Below, one piece after another: positions 36,061 to 47,900 of a DNA stretch of 64,000 bases (position 1 is its first letter; every line of letters begins with the position of its first letter). The notes below the pieces were generated by a model, which was given only the letters and a program-made list of their open reading frames with translations, made no database searches and was not told the DNA's origin. Made by a program: the position numbers and the translations under genes. This stretch comes from Mytilus edulis (lineage: Eukaryota). The DNA lies in contig NC_092351.1 in NCBI RefSeq assembly GCF_963676685.1, forward strand, positions 42,594,001 to 42,658,000. Direction: 5' to 3'.

Positions 36061-37798
36061 TTTGTGAGACTTTGTTTACTCCTTGGTTTTGATTGTTATT
36101 GTTTTGCAACTTACGAAGAGCTGTTTAAGAAAATATTTACACCACCTGACGATACATAAAACAGATATCTGATTAGGTGAACAAATGGTTGTCAACAAAC
36201 GACAGTTGTGTTTAAATGATGCATGAATTTATTTGAGGTATTAAAGTATATTGAAATTTTGATATATGACTACTCAGCGTCTTTAACGATCGCCTGGGGA
36301 ATAAACTGCGATTGATTGTTTATTTACTTACAACTAACGGAAAACAAATATTACTGAGAGCACAAATGATAAGCACAGAATTACAGACGGCTTACTTATT
36401 TAAAGACACAGATATCGGCAAGTTTTCAAACCAAGTATTGTATCTTTTTTTAAGACTAAAGGTATCAAATAATTTGTTCCGTAACGAAATCCTTCTCTTA
36501 AAAATCTTTCGATAATCTAAAACATAACAACGGAGAGCAAACTATTTATCAAATATTCTGATAAACCAGACAATCTTTCAGTATTATACACAAAGAAATG
36601 AAAATTGACAGTTTTTAATAATTGCACTTTTTCTCCACATGTTTTAAAATTGTAGGAAAAAACGGATAAGAAATTTTGTTTGGTAAAGGGAATTCGAACA
36701 ATATTGAGAATTTACAATTTAAAAAAAAATATTTATTTCTTTTAGTCGATGCATCAAAATAGTAAAAAAGCCAAATAAATACAAAGTTGAAGAGCATTGA
36801 GGATCAAAAATTCCTAAAAGTTGTGCCAAATATGGCTAAGGTAATCTACTCCTGGGGTAAGAAAATCCTTAAGTTTTTCGAAAAATTCAAAGTTTTGTAA
36901 AAATTGATGAAAATTAGGAATATCATCAACATTGGATACTAATAAATGGCCGAAGAAAAAAAAAAGTGTACCACCATAAGATTTTTTCTTCGCCAACTAT
37001 TTTGTTAGTCATATAAACCCATAAATCTGCAGGTTAAGAAAAAAGTTTAATTTCAGAAATTTTTGGCTCCTCAAGAGGTGTACATGCTAAATACTTTTTT
37101 ATGGACAATCGGTGAATATTTAAAGGTAAAATTATGTGTCATGTCATTTATATATATAAACCCCAAAAAAATAACATAATTAATGATCGATCGGAGGCTG
37201 TTTGTAAGTACAAGAGATAAAAATCAATTGTCTGTTGAATGATTTTCGCTGCACACATGCATTTCCGGTAGGACAGGTAATATTTCAATAATTATTATTC
37301 ATTTTTTTAAGTAAATAATGATTTTGAGGCACATATATATTGGTAAGAATGGTATAAATTGACAGGTAAGTAAAAATTATATGTTTTAATAGAGGAACAT
37401 ATTAAACAAAAAATCTAAGGAAAGCAAAAGGAAACACTGAAAATGAAACAGATTGAAGTGAACAATATATATATGAAGTAAAATGGGGAGCAACTACAAG
37501 AAAGGTCGCCCTTTTTGGTAGAGGTTTAGAGACACATAACAGTAAAACATTTGGGTAGACCACTTTATGAAATCAAAAGTCAGAGAAACCAAAGAAATCA
37601 CATTTTGAAGTTGAAAATACGCAAAATAAACAAACATTTCAATAACAAACCACTGTATGGAAACAAAGAAGTTTATACAACATTCTCAACTGGTTGTGTC
37701 TTGAAGCTAAAGATTCGAAAAGTGAAAAACAACTTGCCAATTGCAAAGAGTTATCTGGTTATGAATAGTTATCAAAGTTACCAGGATTATAATTAAGT

Positions 37799-37842
37799 AT
37801 GCCAGACGCGCGTTTCGTCTACAAAAGAATCATCAGTGACGC
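37799..37842 (-). ncRNA. Type I hammerhead ribozyme with weakened stem II
   Basis: Minus strand reads GCGUCA-CUGAUGA-UUCU(UUUGU)AGAC-GAAA-CGCGCG-UC-UGGCAU; the first pair of stem II is broken. Confidence 0.7.
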
Positions 37843-38771
37843 TCAAATCAAAATATGAATTTAGACTGACTACAAGCATACATATCTGATATAACTTTGC
37901 ATGTATGTTTAAGTGCCGGTGCAATAAATCGCCATGGAAGGGAAGGCACCAATTAAGATAGAGACAGGAGTGCGTTCGCTGGGTTTAGCTACTGTTATAT
38001 AATTATGTTGGCTCAGTGCATGGGATGTTTACAGAAATTTAGGCTTTAAAGCAGTCCAAAGGTCCCAGGATCTAAAAGATATGACATTAATGTACGTGCA
38101 GTTTGTGGCAGTATGGTGAACGGTAATTGCTCATCTCACCTTAATGAGTTCTTAGCAACTCTAAATTCCTCAGGGTTATCACAGCCGTCTTTTAGCGCAA
38201 TTGAAACAGAGATAGATAGGAAACTGGTGGAACAGCGTTCTAGATAAAGAGATGATGATTGCAGGCCAAGAAGAGAGGCGTCTAGCTATTGAAAGAAATG
38301 ATTTCCATGAAGACATTCCGGCAATTACAGTTATAGCAGATGGTTGGTGGTATAAAAGAACACATAAACATTCGTACAATGCAGCTGGTGGTGAAGCTAT
38401 AATTATTTGAAAAGAAAATTTGAAAAAAAATTATTACACATTGGAGTTCGAAACAAATATTGCTACATCTGTAACAAAAATGTTAGTACACTTCATACTT
38501 GCTTCAAAAATTGGGATCAAGACAGTCATTCAATGGTGGGTGACATAATATTGAAAGGGTTTCGTCAGTCCGAAAACAGACAAGACTTAGATATATGAAA
38601 CTGGTAGGGGATGGGTATTCCTCTGTTTTTGCTAGAACCAGAGAAGTACCAGGTTGGGGACGTTCTGTTTCAAAAGAGGAGTGCGCAAATCACCTTTGTA
38701 AATGTTTTAGATCAAACCTTGAAAAATTGGTAACAGATAATCCACTCTATAAAGGAAAATATCACTTGACA

Positions 38772-39208
38772 AACAAGAATGTGTCCAAAGTACACGGATG
38801 CCACACTCGAACTTTCATTTTCTATGTTCAATGGACCATGAAATTGGGGTCAAAAGTCTAATTTGGCTTTAAAATTAAAAAGATCATACAATAGGGAACA
38901 TGTGTACTAAGTTTCAAGTTGATTGGACTTTAACTTCATCAAAAACTACCTTGACCGAAAACTTTAACCTGAAACTCGCACTTTCATTTTCTATGTTCAG
39001 TGGACTATGAAATTGGGGTCAAAAGACATATTTGGCTTTAAAATTGGAAAGATCATATCATGAGGAACATGTGTACCAAGTTTCAAGTTGATTGGACTTC
39101 AGCTTCACCAAAAACTTGAACCTGAAGTGGGACGAACGGACAGACGAACGAACAGACGGACGGACGCACAGACCAGAAAACATAATGCCCCTCTACTATC
39201 GTAGGTGG
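38772..39208 (-). mobile_element. HINE-like element with about 2 tandem units, inserted in the Kolobok ORF
   Basis: aacaagaatgtgtcc..gtacacggatgcc end; two actttcattttctatgttca units (38810, 38980); (gacg)n microsatellite. Confidence 0.8.
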
Positions 39209-40692
39209 CAGGGATGGGGTAATCGTAATCTGTAATCGATTGTAATTGATTATATTTTTTTCAAGTAATCGACAGTAATCTGTAATCGAAGACATTTTCG
39301 ATTACATGTAATCGTAATTTAATCGATTACAGCAAAAATTTGGATTACTTTTCGATTACATTTCGATTACTTTAGTAAAATAGTATGATAAAAAATAAGC
39401 TATTTCAGAGGAAAATACGTATGTTATCACTTTGTAGTACAGATAAAATATTATGCATCAACAATACTTGAGAGTTATTAAAGCAACTGCCTTATTTTCA
39501 TCTATTGTCTCAATTATTATGAGCAACCAGATCCCCTACCTAAATTTACTTTATATCTAGCTTTTGAAACAAATGGATGTATGTGCTTGTCAATAATTCA
39601 AGAGCTTCAATATTAAAATAAGAAAAAAGATTTGAAATAAAAAAATAGATCTTAAATAAGAAATGTGTCTGTCTTTCGTTAAGTTCTGTCATGTCTGTAC
39701 TACATTTTTAAAAGTAGTAAGCTTATTTGTATTATTTTTCCTGAAAACATCATTTTCAATCAGAGTTGAAATTAAAAACTTAGATTAGATAAACAGTTGA
39801 TTTTTTAAATGTTATGATATACATGTATATAAATTAAATTAAAAAAGAACAACAAATACTTTTAACAATGAACCAATGGCAATGCATTGCAATTCTTTTT
39901 AGAAATAAATATATGTACCCTTTGACACTATAAATATATTTTGTATATAATTTGATTAAGAAGTTTACAAATCTTAACAACATTCTTGCCTTTACTAATG
40001 AGATGATCAAAGTCTAATCAATAACAAACATACTTTGTTTTTATTTCAATTATCTTAAGTCTAATTAAGAAGGAAATTTAGCCCCAGGTTATAAATTGTA
40101 CTCCAATGGCAGTTAAATAATCTGTAATTAGGGTGGTTTTCCAAACAAAAGGTTTAAATCATGCATGTCATTATAAAAATAAATTTTGATCTAAAAAATT
40201 AGCTGAACTAATTGATTATTCTGGTTTTTTTTTTATATTTCCTTAAACATTATAATTAACTGTGCTAAGATATATTTTTTTTAAAGAGTAAAAACAAAAA
40301 GCTAACGTAAGTCAGTAAGAAAGCATTTTTTTTTAAAACAATTAGTTATGAATAAGTGATTGTTGCAATGCGATGACATCTTTCATTTATGTTGAAAGTC
40401 AAAATTTCAAGATTTTTAAAAATATTTCTAATCTTTATTAAGAGATTTGATCTAAAAAAAAACAGCTATAATTTAGAAACAATGCTTTAAATGATGCATT
40501 TGGTAAAGTTCTTAATTTCCACTATACAAATGTTGAGCAATATAATTGTGTTTTACTCATGTTATTTTTTTGTTGAAATGTTGAAGCATATAATTGACAG
40601 TAATCGAAAAGTAATGTAATTACTTTTTATAAAGTAATCGATTGTAATCGATTACATACTAAAATTTGAGTAATCGATTATTAATCGATTGC
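39209..40692. mobile_element. hAT-like non-autonomous element with gtaatcgattac subterminal arrays, right terminus lost
   Basis: Starts cagggatggggtaatcg; dense gtaatc/gattac repeats at 39219-39370 and 40600-40692. Confidence 0.7.
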
Positions 40693-42071
40693 ACAAAAAT
40701 TTCTGTTCACCATGTTTTTGGCAACCATAGCCAATGTTCTGATTTTTGTCGGGCAATAAATCAGCAGCTAAAAACTACAAAGGATGATAATACATCTCTA
40801 CAAATTATCTACCAACACATCTGAATCAGGTATTGAAGAAGTTTGTTGACCAACAAATAGATTATTGGAGTGAGGGGCATCTATTTCAGCGCAGGAACCG
40901 GCTCGTTTTGGTATCACGATAGCATACAGTAATGTTCAGCAGCACATCATAAAAGACGTAACAAACCTTTTATGCAGGAGTGCTGGAAAATCCGATCGAC
41001 TTATAAACAACTCCACATCCGATCTCGCAAACATATGGATGCATATCCGAACCAAGTATGTTGGGGGCAAGGTATACAACTTCTGCAATCGTGGATCTTT
41101 GCATGCTTGTTGCTATGGTGGGGCTCTACGAATGAATTTTGAACCACAGTGGTCTTGTAAGGTTAGGGAGTCATGTATTGATACTGAGCCAGGACATCTT
41201 TTCCGGAAATTGTATACTCGTTATGAACAGACATTGGCCAATTCGATCAGGTACAAGTCTAAACCTAATATTCAACAGGTCCGATGGAAGAAAAAGATGT
41301 CCTGTCTCAAAACAAGCACCTCCACGAAAGCTCGCAAAGCTTATGGTCCAGAAGCCATAGATGTAACTGATGATGTTTTTTCTGATAATCTCGAAAAACT
41401 GAAAAAAGACTATTTAAACCTTCATATTCACCTTTCTGAACAACAACGCTTAAACATAACAAATTTGACCAAATTTACAAACACAATCTGGTCTTTGGCA
41501 TTCCGAGAGAAAAGAAGAATTACAGCATCTAATTTTGGATCTATTGTTTAACGAAACCCGTCACTTCTAACAGCTTAATTTATCCGTAATATTCTATACT
41601 CGTCACACCAGAAAAGGTATTCTTGGAGAAGATACAACCATTGAAGAATATAAATTGAAAAAAGCTAAGGAATCAGAAAATGTTTGTGTTAAGCGCAGTG
41701 GACTTGTTATACATCCAACTCTAATATTCTTGGCTTGAAGTCCAGATCGTTTAATTTCAACATCTTAAGTAGAATCTGGTTTAATTGAAATTAAAAGTTG
41801 TTACATTCCAAACATTTAAATCTTTTCCTCTAAATTGAGAAGTAAAGGCAAAATTTTACAATGCCCAAATCATGCTGATTTGCGTACAGATAATATTGCC
41901 GCAGATTTTCCAATATGTAACGAGAGAGAGTGTAGTCTCCCGTGTGCAACTGGAATTAGCAATCACCTTAAAATAATTCATTTCAATATGGATGAGGAAA
42001 TTAAATCATTTACCGGGATACAATGTAAATATGGAAGTAAACAATTTAAAACAACACGTTTAATAATTTCT

Positions 42072-42113
42072 GCGTTCGAAGCGCTTTTCTGAATTTACCT
42101 TCATCAGGAACGC
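42072..42113 (-). ncRNA. Variant type I hammerhead ribozyme (second family)
   Basis: Minus strand reads GCGUUC-CUGAUGA-AGGUAAAUUCA-GAAA-AGCGCU-UC-GAACGC: perfect stem I, palindromic stem III AAGCGCUU, UUC triplet, weak stem II. Confidence 0.65.
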
Positions 42114-43636
42114 TCAAAGCCAAACATTTGAAATCCGAAGATGTATAAGTACCGAAACCTATGAAGAGCTATATGTCAAATATGCCTAAAATGAATAGCC
42201 AAATTCATCTAAAGCCAACTTTTCCTGAGGGAGTTGAAACCTTAGTTTCTTAATAATTTCAAAATTTGAAAATGGACAAGTAATGTTCATAGTCTTCAGA
42301 GCTGTAAGGCATTTGTCTCAAAGGTTAAAAAAGCTAAAGAAATCAACGTTTACTGCAATTTTGCTGAAGAGTCTTGATATCAACGCCAGAGTTAAAAACT
42401 GAGGTTTCAGTTCATACGGGGAACACACAACTTTTGAGGGCTCACATGCAAGTTGTCATTCAAACCATATTTTCTAAATGCAAGGTTACTGTGGAATTTA
42501 ATGTGAAGTGAACTCATACAACAATTTTTTATTTATCAATCAAGACTCCACAAGGAGCAGTAAAATTACAGTTTGAATTATAGTATACAAATAATTGATA
42601 ATTGTGGTGATTTTTATCATATATGGGGGTGGGAGGATGGAGGGGGATAGACGTTTAAAATGTTGCATCAGAAAATATGGCAATTGATAATCAAGAAGAG
42701 AAGGAGGTGTATAAAAATCTTACTTTGTCCAAATAGCCCGACGTTAGTTAGATTTCTAATCTTAACTAAAACAAGAGAGGAATTCAACCGTTCACTTAGT
42801 AGGTGCAATCCTAAAATTGTAACTTTTCACAGAAACTTCCCCAGTTGGGCTCATGCTGATTTGCTAATGGTGAACAACATATTATTTTTATAAGTCTGTT
42901 CAGCTGGGAGCTGCTATGACACACGGTTCATCAGTTGCAAATTCAAAGCAAACGTTCCTTATCTTCAAAACTAAAAAGGGCAAGTATACAATGAATGCCA
43001 CATTCACTATTCTCTTTCAGTTTTATTATTAAAAGGGCTTAGTTTATCCAGGATATCAGGATTCTGACAATATAATTGTTTAAGATTACATTAAAATTCC
43101 AATCATTAGTAGTGATAGACAGTGTGTTTAAAAGAAGAACTATTTACTAACATCACTTTAACGTTTGGATCTAAAGCTACATGCAGGTAGGTCATTTTCA
43201 ATTCCAATACCATAATGCGTACAAATGCAAGCAACTTTAGATCTTTAAGTGTATGAAATGTATTAATGTTCTACTGCATATACATTTTATATACAAGATT
43301 CTTATAAGTTGACTGTTCGTCTTGTATCTTTCGGCCCTCTTTCATGTATTGCGCAAATGAAAATAGAACAAATCCTTAAATATGAACTTCAAGATTAAAT
43401 TTCTACCTGTACTGTTTGATAGCAAACCAGTTTCAGATAATTGTTACTTTTACAGGTCTGATACGTGGACTCAGTGTTATAATCTTATAAGCGCAATGCA
43501 GTACTGGTTGTGGTTAATGCTCATCTTAGCTATATTTACATCTGTTTGCGAGCGTAGTTATTTTATATTTAATGGGACCATTATCTCTCTTCATTTTTGT
43601 TTGCTTGCTATTACAAACATTATTGTTTTACCATTT

Positions 43637-43975
43637 TAAAGCAAACAATCTTGGTAGGGTTTGTGTTTTTCACACTTTATTGGACGGTCTTGATTCAGTG
43701 ATACAAGGCGGTGCTCATGGTTGGTGCATCTCCTTTTATGACACAAATGAGACACATCAACTTCCTCTGAAAAGTCATATTTCCAATTGTGCAACAGCTA
43801 AGGAAATTCGTGTTCTTACAATGTTCTTTTTTTTTCTGTGACAAGGAAACCTAGCACTACAAACTGGATACAGTTTTGTGTGTCCACCCATATGACTTAT
43901 CAAACACCCGTAAACCTCTATTTCAAAGCAAGTTTCTCTCAAATGTGCTTTATATGTCTCAATCCATTTTCTGTA
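43637..43975 (-). pseudogene. His-Me finger (His-Cys box, I-PpoI-like) nuclease remnant
   Basis: Minus translation YGCLISHMGGHTKLYPVCSARFP.../LHNWKYDFSEEVDVSHLCHKRRCTNHEHRLVSLNQDRPIKCEKHKPYQDCLL*, carrying the SHLCHxxxCxNxxH motif. Confidence 0.75.
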
Positions 43976-43984
43976 AATGCAAGT

Positions 43985-44250
43985 TTTGATGTCAACCTCT
44001 TTGGCGTTCAATACAATAGACTCCTTTCGCCAAATTCACCATTTTGGTTATTTTTTGCTCTTCTGCATTCATATACAGACATTGAAACTCGAGTTTTTGT
44101 TCAAGGAAACGATATTACTATTACAACTTTCTTTACATTCTTGGACTATATAAGTATCAATACAAATATTCAATTTCAAAATATGATTATCTATGTCATA
44201 ACCTCCTATTTGTAATGAGATTATTTCTGGAGAAAAATCAGGGACCAATA
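43985..44250 (-). pseudogene. SGNH hydrolase remnant (block B copy)
   Basis: LVPDFSPEIISLQIGGYDIDNH; paralog of 50250-51045. Confidence 0.65.
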
Positions 44251-44429
44251 TTAATATAAGTTACACAAAAATCGGTTGACCTCCTATTAGTTGTACAATA
44301 ATTTCGTTATCTGCGAATATCACTGTGCCCCAAAGTAAGATCTGCAATTCATTTTTTCATTAAATTTATATTCTTAATAATTAATAAATCTGAATTTTAC
44401 CCTGAAAAAAATCTTACGGAGAACCCATT

Positions 44430-44625
44430 CTTTGCCTCAGTATGGTCCATTCTCGCAATTCTTCGTCGCCTTTCTTCAGTTTTGGAGCAGATAATTCGAA
44501 TGTGACCAAACTTACTACATTTAGGCATATACTTTGTCTCTCCTGTACCGTTGCAAGAACCACTCTATTAACACGTCCACGATACGGATTACTCTGAATC
44601 TACGTTTAGGTGCATTTCATAGTCA
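44430..44625 (-). pseudogene. CCHC zinc-knuckle gag/ORF1 fragment (block B copy)
   Basis: IQSNPYRGRVNRVVLATVQERQSICL/KCSKFGHIRIIC aligns with AIQYRGMVYNRPVLITVLGRQPVCLKCGLKGHQRSAC at 58740-58860. Confidence 0.65.
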
Positions 44626-44869
44626 AAGTCCGTATTATAATTTCTTTCTGTTTCATTACATTTTTAGTATTTTTCATTTTTGGGGAAATCAGTTTTTTGA
44701 CGGGATTTATAAAATACTCCATCTTTATCTTTATTCCATTTTTCAAGTCACATATTCTTCATAAAAGTTTTACGAAATGTTTTTAGGCAAGTCTTTGGAC
44801 AATGCAACACAAATATTCATATGTTTTAAGACTTAAAGGGCACTAGCTACGCGATACCTTCAAAAAAAT

Positions 44870-45895
44870 ATTTTTCTCAAAATACCCAATTCTTTGGGCA
44901 GAGGTTCCAGACATAATTAATGTTCCTTACATTGTTTTTTTTCTTTCTTTTCCTTCTTTGTCCAGAACAGCCTCTGTTAAATAGTCTAGCGATTTGATTT
45001 GGGAGTCCACATCACCCGAGCTGTAAGATTTTGTTTAATATTCAGTATAGAGAATATCATCTAAAAATTCTGTGTGTTGTATAGTATAGAATATGCACTC
45101 ACAGTTACCAAAACATATGAAGTGGTTACACGGCGGTAATAAAATCCTAGTGAATTTTTATGGATATGGATATACAATTTGAGGGTATATGGTTTAGGAT
45201 ATTATCCACAATTTCACCGTTAGAAAACTGCCTCATAACTTCTTAAAATTATCTTCATTTTCATACATATTTCATTGTTACAGTTACTGCAAGGCAATTG
45301 GTTCTTGACCATGGAATGCTAAAAGACACACACGTATAGAATCGTCAAGCCAATACCATATTTTAAGATGTTTCTCACTATTGGGAGCACGAATTTTTAC
45401 AAATTGTTGATTAATATAAATGTTTCAATGAAAGATAATTGAAGTTATGCAGTGTAAGATCCTTCAGTATACAACCCCAAGCAATTCCTTCAAAAAGCCT
45501 TAGGTTAACTTACCATTTGTCAACATTGACCATGCCGATGTCAAGTTGACATGGTAATTTATCTTTCCGAGATCAATCCCTAGATCCTTCAATGTTCGAA
45601 ATCCATTGGTCAATGCGTCGGGCTTGAATAGGGACAAATAGTCGCCTCTTTGAGTCAGACTCATCTCGTCTAGGGCGGTATAGCTTGCTATAACTTCTTT
45701 TCCGTGGAAAGAAGGGAAGAATTGTCTAAAAGAAATTCATATACGTGTGCTTTAAGAAGAACCTGGTGATGAACTTTGATGGAGTTTGACTGTTGGTGAC
45801 TTCGGGCAAATCTTTTTTGGAGGTCTGCTTAGTGATTTTTCTCCATGTTTCGATCCATTGAGCCACACCATTGATTTTTTTCTGACCATGATAGT
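44870..45895 (-). pseudogene. Decayed coding sequence of unknown family (longest copy)
   Basis: ...AQWIETWRKITK...FITRFFLKHTYMNFF/RQFFPSFHGKEVIASYTALDEMSLTQRGDYLSLFKPDALTNG...AWSMLTNG followed by a donor-like gtaagt. Confidence 0.4.
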
Positions 45896-47159
45896 AATTG
45901 AAAAGGAAAAGAAATGATTTTCCAGCTTTAAAACAACATTTTTTTAGTCATTTTTTACTCTTTATAAAATCAAATGCACATGTCTTATAAGACTAACACA
46001 CTGATAAAATGAAGTACCTTTAGTTTGTAATGTGTTATCATAGTATAGTAGATGCGTTTGATTTTTATACTAATATAGAAATTGTGTTTAAATTAAAAAG
46101 TATCAGATAAAGACCGATTTATATGCAAATCTATTCTGTTTTTCTTTATTAAAAGCCTCTTCCCCTCGAGACGCGAAATCTGACGTCCCGAGCGACATTT
46201 TAAGTTTTCTTACCAATTAATTTGAAGTAATAAGCAGGTATTTGGTTAAATTCCATGATAGAAATTTAATTTTATATAAATATATACGGGGAGAAGTCGT
46301 CTAAAGAAGTTTTTTTATTGAGAAATTTGCGGATGAAGCCTAAAAATATGCAACACGGAATACTAGGGAGAGGTGTTTTGAGAAAAGAGAGCACTGAAAA
46401 CGACTGCTTCTGCTTGCAGGAAATAGATTACGTTTCAAATCCTCCCGTGCAATACATTATATGGTACTAATAATTATAAAAAAAAATTGATACTTCAACT
46501 TACTTTGATATTTTTTCTTCGCTTCGAGATTGCCATCCCGTGTCACAAATAGCCGACACCCCGAATGTGGCGTTCTACACTGTGTGTTTGTTATGTTGGT
46601 AACTCATTGGTATTCTTGTTACCTTATTTTATAGATTTACTTGAAATTGTGTACAGTTGTGTAGGTTTTTAATGTCATCAACAGAAGACAATTATAAATA
46701 ATATATTATTCGTTTGTAGACCGAGCACACAGAAAACATATACGCAGGTTGACATAAAGCACTTCATATTTGATCTTATGACAATTGACATGATTGATGA
46801 ATATATAAACAAATTTTCATAGTTAATAGTCTATTACATGTGTAAAGTTTAATTGTTCAATCGAAAAGTTCATGTAGATCATATTAACTGATTAAATATT
46901 CAAAATGATATGGAATTAATATCTCTAATATCCTTTCTTTTAGTTTAAAATAAATGTGTTTGTGTTTATGTTTTATTTTAATATCGGGAAAAAGTAACAA
47001 TACATCTGTCTGGGTATTTTATATTTTCATAAGCTTTCACTGTCTTTGGTGTATATTTTTTGTCATTGCCGCTTGCATTTGTTTTCGATATGCCTTCCTT
47101 GTAAAGAATATATCTTTTTATGTAAATCCGAATCAATGTATGGCTTTATTATATGTGGA

Positions 47160-47900
47160 TTTATGTTCAAAATTACGAAGTTCTTTACCTGGTTTCTATG
47201 AGAAGTTTATTTACTACCACGCTATGCAAAATATATGCCATTCAATACACCATTGTGCACATCCAACAGATTTGGGAGATTATCAGACCCTATGACTGCT
47301 CTCTCTCACAAGATTTTTTTTCTAGACTTGATATTGGTTCTGTTCCACGACTCGCGGCACCTTACCCTTCTACTGATCTTTTCTTCATAACAGAGTCTGT
47401 AATGTGTGGCACTTGGCATTAGTAGGTTGAGAAAGTAGGTTTACGGATGGATCACTCAATCTTGTGTGTCCTTGTGAAGCCACAAAGAATGACGCTGATG
47501 TAGATATTTCCATCTGTCTTTTTAACTTTACCTAAGAAATAATGCAATGCAATGTCCCTTGTGCATGGTTCCATTTCATTAATACTATGTGTAATTGCTT
47601 TGACTGGCATGAGTAAATTGTCGGGTTATTTCATCATATTCTGCTCTTAAAATCATGAAACACCTTCGCACAGAATTTACAGGAATAATCACTTGTAGAA
47701 GTAAATAGGCTGTTTGGTCTTCAACATCATTATTTACACATTTATTGTTTAAATGAGTACCCGGTATCTTTGTTCTCAGTGTCACTGATCTGTCCTTTTC
47801 TACATCTGTCTTATTCACCATTACCATGATTGATTGATTGCTATAGTAGGTGGGGGATGTTGACTCTTAGTCGGTCTTCCTTTAGTTCTGGCATCTTGCA
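47160..47900 (-). mobile_element. Second Crypton-type (DUF3504) recombinase remnant, N-terminal part
   Basis: LHYFLGKVKKTDG..Y...DSVMKKRSVEG...EPIS...VIGSDN.P...LNGIYFA.RGS; paralog at 56530-56920, mostly deleted in block A. Confidence 0.6.

Larger units (their letters stand above)
37860..41815 (+). mobile_element. Kolobok-type transposase plus YqaJ/lambda-exonuclease remnant, split by nested insertions
   Basis: RYDINVRAV...ITVIADGWWYKRTHKHSYNAAGG...RNKYCYIC...HTCFKNW...KLVGDG..S...KEECANHLCK | HHVFGNHSQC...KYVGGK...RRITASNFG...GLVIHP...SPD...GLIEIK. Confidence 0.85.
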
